A DNA stretch of 64,000 nucleotides, taken from the NCBI GenBank assembly GCA_964650185.1, contig CAZYRN010000005.1:18640-82639 (forward strand). Reading direction: 5' to 3'. Below are positions 58,835-64,000 of the stretch, piece by piece. Source of the stretch: an uncultured Pseudomonadales bacterium (GTDB lineage: Bacteria; Patescibacteriota; Microgenomatia; UBA1400; PJMF01). Each line of letters starts with the position of its first letter. The stretch's first letter is position 1. A program made the translations under genes and the position numbers. The notes below the pieces were generated by a model, which ran no database searches, was not told where the DNA came from, and worked only from the letters and a program-made list of their open reading frames with translations.

Positions 58835-58956
58835 GAAACCCTTTCTATTGAAATAGACTACTAATTATTTCTCAAATTGACAGTGTCTTAGAGTCTATCG
58901 GTTTTAACCGATGTGTCAAGTAGTGTCATGACTATTATGAGCTATTTTCATAGTAG

Positions 58957-59358
58957 TTAGATGTAATGATATATCTTTAACATCATCAAACTAGCTCCTA
59001 AAGTATCAAAACCCACGTCTCTCAGTGAGGCTGAGCGGCCGGAAACTAACGATTGATGCAGCTCATCACTGACGGCATAAATGATCACTATTGCCAGTGG
59101 TAGCCACCAATTTTGATATGAGGGCATGAGTGATGAGTCGAGTTTTTTGGCATTAAATTTAATTAAAAATCCAGCTCGCCAAATTAACAAATATAAAACA
59201 CCAAAAACAAACAAATGAGCTGATTTCTTAAAGAGAAAATCTAAAACTGATAGTGAAAAACCAGGCAAAATAGACTGATGAGAAAAAAGGAAAATCATCC
59301 CAGCCCAAAGAATGGGCGGCAAAATGGCATTGAGATAGGTTGAAATTGGCCGAGTCAT
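58957..59358 (-). CDS. VanZ-family membrane protein
   Basis: YAVSDELHQSLVSGRSASLRDVGFDTLG motif. 4 TM. Confidence 0.55.
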   Translation of the reverse strand: MTRPISTYLNAILPPILWAGMIFLFSHQSILPGFSLSVLDFLFKKSAHLFVFGVLYLLIWRAGFLIKFNAKKLDSSLMPSYQNWWLPLAIVIIYAVSDELHQSLVSGRSASLRDVGFDTLGASLMMLKIYHYI

Positions 59359-60566
59359 GAGTGATGAAAACGATGTTGATAGAGTATTTTTAGCTGCCAG
59401 CTGCCGCTACCCAGCAAGATGGCACCACCCAGTATAACACTTAGATAAGGGAGAGCGGCAAGCAAGGGGCGAGTGGTGGCGGCCGGATTGGAGAAGGTGA
59501 TGGCAGAGTTGGTGGGTGGATGACGTGCCAACTGACCAAGAGTCAGCTGGTTAAGAGAAATCGATGGAGATGGGTAGGGATGAGATTTGAGGAAGGAGGT
59601 GGAGGTGTTTGCTAGCTTAGTTGGAGGGGAGACTGAGGGGTTGGGGGTGGTAGAAGCTGATGAGTTTGAGGCATCCGCAGCATTGACATTAGTTGAAGTA
59701 TTGGTTTCCTCCTCATCATTATTTTCAACTGTTGATAAGTTGCAGTCAGTGTAGTGAATAGTTTGGAGCTGGTGCCCCAGCTCATTTTCTAGATAGAAAG
59801 TTTCTTCTTGATTGTTAAGAAAGCTGTTCGACCAGGAAAGACGTTGGGGGCTGTTTGCGTCCAGATTAAAGTTGATTAACCTGGTCTGGTTGGCTGCGTC
59901 GCGTATTTTCCAGTTAGTCAGCAGGTGGGAAACTGAGTCGTAGTTGGTGAGCTCAATCCACTCAGGTTCACCACTGGGCGGACAAGGCTCAAAGTCCGTG
60001 ATACGGATGTGATGATGAAACGAAGTGTCAGAAGGAGGGAATGGTGAGGGAGAAGGTGTGGATGAAGGAGAGGGGGATGACGGAGGTAGAGCTGATGGTG
60101 TGGGAGAAGGAGACGGCGCAGGTGCTAAATTAGCTAGACCAGGAGTGGGAGCAGTTAAGTAGAACTGATTTTGAAATAATGACCAGCTGAGATCGGTCTG
60201 GGTAGATTCATACTGCATCGAGTCAATTATTTGGCCGGAGGCATCTTTAAGCATCACGCCATCAGCCGAGTTATTTAGTTTAGCAGCATTAAGATAGATG
60301 AGCAGGTGCTGATTGGGGTCGAGAAAAGTAAGTTCGGGAAAGGTGTAAATTACTGAGGGCGATGACAGCACGTCTTCTAGCCACCAGTTAGATAGATCGA
60401 GAGGAGCAGGGTGGGGATTATGCAGCTCAATCCATTCTTGACCAAAGCTAGGCGCGGGGTGGATTTCGGAGAGGTAGAAGGCGGAGGTGGGTGGGGGAAA
60501 TGAAAGATGGTGGATAAGAAATATCAAAATGAAACATGATTGCACTACAGTTATCCAGAAAGACAT
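59355..60566 (-). CDS. Surface protein with two lamin-tail-domain (LTD) repeats, P/S-rich linker and C-terminal TM anchor
   Basis: N-terminal signal. EWIELHNP and EWIELTNY LTD signatures. PSPSPTPS linker. C-terminal hydrophobic segment plus basic tail. Confidence 0.55.
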   Translation of the reverse strand: MSFWITVVQSCFILIFLIHHLSFPPPTSAFYLSEIHPAPSFGQEWIELHNPHPAPLDLSNWWLEDVLSSPSVIYTFPELTFLDPNQHLLIYLNAAKLNNSADGVMLKDASGQIIDSMQYESTQTDLSWSLFQNQFYLTAPTPGLANLAPAPSPSPTPSALPPSSPSPSSTPSPSPFPPSDTSFHHHIRITDFEPCPPSGEPEWIELTNYDSVSHLLTNWKIRDAANQTRLINFNLDANSPQRLSWSNSFLNNQEETFYLENELGHQLQTIHYTDCNLSTVENNDEEETNTSTNVNAADASNSSASTTPNPSVSPPTKLANTSTSFLKSHPYPSPSISLNQLTLGQLARHPPTNSAITFSNPAATTRPLLAALPYLSVILGGAILLGSGSWQLKILYQHRFHHS

Positions 60567-60651
60567 GTAAGTAATTTAACAGTCATCATATTAAGTTAAG
60601 TGTAAAATGAGGAAATAAATTAAAAAAAAGATAGAATGATATAATAGTTAT

Positions 60652-61278
60652 ATGTCTGAACAGAATAAAAGAGACCAGCTAAAAGTAGCAGAGCAACAGC
60701 TGCAAACTATTTATCACTATGCTTTAAATAATGGCTGGAAGGGGGAAGGTCGGTTTTCAGCAGATCAACTTAGGCGAATTGACAAGGGATTTGCAAGGTT
60801 TGTTTTAGCCATGAATTTATTTCCTCAATTGCTTTTAAATCCACAGTTTATCGATGCCATTATTCCTGATGATGAACAACAACAAGACTTAATTGATATA
60901 CTTAGAAGTTATTGGGATGACGTGGATGATTTAGTCTTAATCAACTTAATCTACCAGCAGATATCTCAGGAAATTGACAGACAGCAGCCGGTGTCTCTAC
61001 TGAGACTTAGCGAGTATTTATATAAGCATGAACACACTAATTTTAATCACGTTATAACTCCATTAAGCAAGAGCGGCTTGATAATAAAAATTTCAGGGGA
61101 TGATTACCTTGATGCTAATTTTGCTGAGCTAATTAGGCAAATGGACACCTGGGAAAAATATGAGGAGAATTTTCAATCAATTGGCTGGCCACGTCCAGAA
61201 GGAATAGGAGAAGCTCGCTTTAACATCTTAAAAAGATATTTAGCTTGGCTTGATCAGCAATCGTCTCAAGATGAGTAA
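60652..61278 (+). CDS. Hypothetical protein (208 aa)
   Basis: ORF only. Translationally coupled to the next gene (gATGAgtaa overlap). Confidence 0.3.
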   Translation: MSEQNKRDQLKVAEQQLQTIYHYALNNGWKGEGRFSADQLRRIDKGFARFVLAMNLFPQLLLNPQFIDAIIPDDEQQQDLIDILRSYWDDVDDLVLINLIYQQISQEIDRQQPVSLLRLSEYLYKHEHTNFNHVITPLSKSGLIIKISGDDYLDANFAELIRQMDTWEKYEENFQSIGWPRPEGIGEARFNILKRYLAWLDQQSSQDE

Positions 61279-61750
61279 ACAAGAAAATATTCGCATACAC
61301 TGGAAATTTGCTGGGTTGGATACGGAAACAAACCAGGAAGTCATTACAGCGGAAATTGATATCATAACCAGAGATATTCCCCCTAATCAACTTCTGGAGC
61401 TATTCAAATTAATTTATCAACAGCTGACAGTAGCATGCTTAAGTCAAGTTAGCATGGCTGAGTTTTGGCAGTTGGTCGCAGGAGAAAATCCAGATAAAGA
61501 AAGTAAAAAAAGAGCAACTGGACTGATTAACGCTTTAATTAGATATAAGTTGGCTGCTAAGAATCCCCCAGACATTCCTGATGGACCGAGTGCATATTAC
61601 TTAAAAAGAGAGGTGTTGGAGTTACTGTTTAGCACTAATTCGCTGAAAGAGTTTAAGCAGGCTTTGCAGGAGAGAGGATTCGAGAATGGCGGCCAAGGCA
61701 TTGGTGAAATTTTATTTGAAGAATTAAGAAAAGTCGTTGGGGTTGCTTGA
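61271..61750 (+). CDS. Hypothetical protein (~160 aa)
   Basis: ORF only. Start taken at the ATG overlapping the upstream stop (the track ORF starts at 61250). Confidence 0.3.
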   Translation: MSKQENIRIHWKFAGLDTETNQEVITAEIDIITRDIPPNQLLELFKLIYQQLTVACLSQVSMAEFWQLVAGENPDKESKKRATGLINALIRYKLAAKNPPDIPDGPSAYYLKREVLELLFSTNSLKEFKQALQERGFENGGQGIGEILFEELRKVVGVA

Positions 61751-61751
61751 A

Positions 61752-62945
61752 TTACCCGGCCCAGTAGAATTGAGTGAAGCGCGCAAAGTAAAAAAGCTGT
61801 AGCCCCATCAATAGCACTAACACAATATTTCGCCATTTCTGTGACTTTTCAAACAACTTTGCCCAATAAATAAATACAGGAAAAATTACAATTATAAATC
61901 TTGAGGCTGAGTCAAGATTGCCTGTAAACAATACAGGCATGATAAGCAATATTGAGTAAATCCCCAAAGGCAAGCTTATAGAGCTAAATTTATTTTTAAT
62001 TACTGCTACGCTTGAAGCTAGTACTGTTACCACGGCTACTTGATCAAAGGGAGTTATCATTGGCCAATAGCTACTGGGTGAAATGAGAGATTTAATAGGA
62101 TCAGCCACCTGTTTTCCCCATGCATTTTGCACCTTGACTGATGCCAGCCAATCACCAGTCAAAAAGTAAAGATAACTGAAGAAAAGTAGCATCCCTGCTG
62201 GCATTATCAGAAAAGAAATAGCTGAATGATCAAAATATTTTAGCTGATAGTTTTTTTGTTTCAAGTATATAAGTGCTAAAACTGGGATCATCATGATGCC
62301 CACTGGCCTGGTTGCAGTAAGGAAAGCAGTTAATAAGCCCGCTTTGCCCCAATAACCTTTGTAGCCTAGAAAAAAAATTGAGACGGAAAGTAATAGAAAA
62401 AGTGATTCAGAATAAAAACTGGAAAGAAAAAAGCTGGTTGGAAAGACCAGCATCAACCAAATAGTATTTTTAGCTAAGCATTCACTTTGAAACAAATTTC
62501 TAACGAGTTTATACAGCACTGCCATCGTTAGTATTAAAAATAAATTAGATAAAACTATGCCGATAAAAATAATCACTCCATCACTCATTAAAGACTTTGG
62601 AATGATAAATGTTAAAAGTTTAATGAAAAAGGGATAAGCTGGATAAAATGCTAGATTGCTCATGGTATAAACATCCTGCACCATGCGATAGCCTTCTTTA
62701 ACAATTGCTAAATACCAGCCGCTATCCCATCTAGCCCACATATCAATTAATCGAAATGGAGAAAAAATCCAACCACGTGCAGCGATTGAGGGCTCAGGTT
62801 CATATTGAAATGGTAAAAGTAATGGTGAAGCCAAACCAGCTATGACTAGCAGCAACCTAGTAATCGCATAAGGCATCAAAATAGGCTTGACCATTCCAGG
62901 TAACATTTCTTTTATCGCGGATGCAAATTTATTTAAATTATTCAT
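61752..62945 (-). CDS. Polytopic membrane protein, GT-C-like glycosyltransferase/DUF2029-like
   Basis: ~11 TM. No motif I can name with certainty. Confidence 0.35.
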   Translation of the reverse strand: MNNLNKFASAIKEMLPGMVKPILMPYAITRLLLVIAGLASPLLLPFQYEPEPSIAARGWIFSPFRLIDMWARWDSGWYLAIVKEGYRMVQDVYTMSNLAFYPAYPFFIKLLTFIIPKSLMSDGVIIFIGIVLSNLFLILTMAVLYKLVRNLFQSECLAKNTIWLMLVFPTSFFLSSFYSESLFLLLSVSIFFLGYKGYWGKAGLLTAFLTATRPVGIMMIPVLALIYLKQKNYQLKYFDHSAISFLIMPAGMLLFFSYLYFLTGDWLASVKVQNAWGKQVADPIKSLISPSSYWPMITPFDQVAVVTVLASSVAVIKNKFSSISLPLGIYSILLIMPVLFTGNLDSASRFIIVIFPVFIYWAKLFEKSQKWRNIVLVLLMGLQLFYFARFTQFYWAG

Positions 62946-64000
62946 CGCTAGTTTTAGTGTAGTGTTTTTTAACTAAAATCGGTACTGCAATCATTAGTGA
63001 GAGAATACTCAAAGAGGAAATTAGCTGAGGCAGATAAATTATTATTAACCGTCCAGAGTCATTTACTTGCCAAGCATTAGCCCAGCTATTGAGCCTGAAA
63101 TGAGGCATTAATTGTAAGGTATCGAGATCAAGTGCTAGCCACATATCATCATAAGATTCATCAAAACCCAAGTAGCAAGAATCAGAGCTTTGACAGTGAT
63201 AGGAAGCAAATCGAAGAGTGCCAATTTTTAAGTGAGAGTTAATTTGAAGCTGATTCGCAAAAGTAAGATTGTTTTCTGCAGTTAACGGAACAAGTCTCAG
63301 GCCTGAAATCTGGTCAACTGGAAAAGCAGCCAGGTAAATATTCTCCAACTCGGCTATACTTGGTTTGCCAAATGATCTAGTTTCCCAGTTAAGAAAGAAG
63401 CGATCTCGTGAATCAGTGGAGTTGGCTTGTAATACCACCACCTCGTCAAATTCTGGCTTAGTAAAGATATAATCCTCCGGGATAATCTCTTCATCATCAT
63501 AGTTGACAAAGAATTTTAAACCCCTGCCTTCAACATTTTTACCCACCACCCTCATCAAGTATGAGAAGGCAGTAGAGTGATAGTCCAATTCATAGCCGCT
63601 ACAGTTGACTCCATATTGATCAGCCTGGTATTTTACTTGACCGCTTTCAGTACTGGTTTGGGTTGTGCCGCGTTTGGGCACAGAGCAATTTGAAGAGTCT
63701 CTTAAAGGCAAGTTGAGCTGGGTTGTAGGAAAAGAGGAGGTAATTTTCAGCTGATCTGTTTGGCCAGTAGCAAACTGGAACTCTTGGGAAATTAGCTGCC
63801 AGTTTGGCTGCATAGTGCTTAGTTCAACTAAATTACTCTCATGCAGTAGCAGTTTACCTGCAGAGCTGTAGTTAAGAGTACTTGGCTTGATAATATAACT
63901 AATCTCTACCGGATCATTGACACTTAGCTTTAGCACCGGCTGGGCAACTGAATTAGGATCTAAAACTACGCCTGTATCACCGATAAATAGGACAATAGCT
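62938..64000 (-). CDS. Hypothetical extracytoplasmic protein with C-terminal TM anchor (5' partial, runs off window end)
   Basis: Frame stays open to position 64000 upstream of the called GTG at 63936. C-terminal hydrophobic segment plus KKHYTK tail. Confidence 0.3.
   Translation of the reverse strand, partial: AIVLFIGDTGVVLDPNSVAQPVLKLSVNDPVEISYIIKPSTLNYSSAGKLLLHESNLVELSTMQPNWQLISQEFQFATGQTDQLKITSSFPTTQLNLPLRDSSNCSVPKRGTTQTSTESGQVKYQADQYGVNCSGYELDYHSTAFSYLMRVVGKNVEGRGLKFFVNYDDEEIIPEDYIFTKPEFDEVVVLQANSTDSRDRFFLNWETRSFGKPSIAELENIYLAAFPVDQISGLRLVPLTAENNLTFANQLQINSHLKIGTLRFASYHCQSSDSCYLGFDESYDDMWLALDLDTLQLMPHFRLNSWANAWQVNDSGRLIIIYLPQLISSLSILSLMIAVPILVKKHYTKTSDE

Noticed and set aside
1-64000. 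tRNA, rRNA, tmRNA, SRP RNA, CRISPR arrays, transposases/integrases, prophage
   Set aside because: Intergenic spaces are almost all under 150 bp. The only two spacers near 200 bp are the divergent promoter region 10881-11082 and the rpoB leader 26051-26276. Neither has a tRNA-like T-arm (GTTCGA/GTTCAA context) or acceptor structure. No repeat-spacer periodicity and no recombinase-like ORF was seen. Absence is by eye, without a covariance-model search.

Overview
This is a 64 kb window from a compact, small-genome bacterium using the standard genetic code. Gene content looks Patescibacteria/CPR-like or reduced Gram-positive-like: L30 is absent, genes overlap tightly, and a sortase is present. 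I found no rRNA, tRNA, CRISPR array, transposase or prophage.

The core (26.3-53.8 kb, + strand) is rpoB-rpoC-rpsL-rpsG-fusA-tuf followed by the complete S10-spc-alpha ribosomal protein operons (rpsJ through rpsI), including secY, adk, infA and rpmJ. Upstream (11-26 kb) are housekeeping genes: a CarD-like regulator, NUDIX, map, an M29 aminopeptidase, a CobW-type GTPase, prmC, a GatB/YqeY protein, a RodZ-like protein, alaS, ruvX and mltG. A bitopic membrane protein and a sortase sit between alaS and ruvX.

The left end (0.4-10.9 kb) looks accessory. It holds a Cas4-like Fe-S nuclease, a frameshifted UbiA prenyltransferase, a membrane-anchored HNH nuclease, a basic unknown protein and a NYN nuclease. 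It also holds a circularly permuted DsbA, a BlaI/BlaR1-like pair and several extracytoplasmic redox and hydrolase proteins.

The right end (53.8-64 kb, mostly - strand) holds an ABC-2 transporter cluster with two permease pairs around one ATPase, HU, VanZ, a double lamin-tail-domain surface protein, two overlapping unknown genes and membrane glycosyltransferase-like proteins.

Two genes carry a lesion. rplP has an in-frame TAA, and the UbiA gene needs a -1 shift at an A7 slippery run. Coordinates I derived by hand rather than from the ORF track may be off by 1-2 nt.
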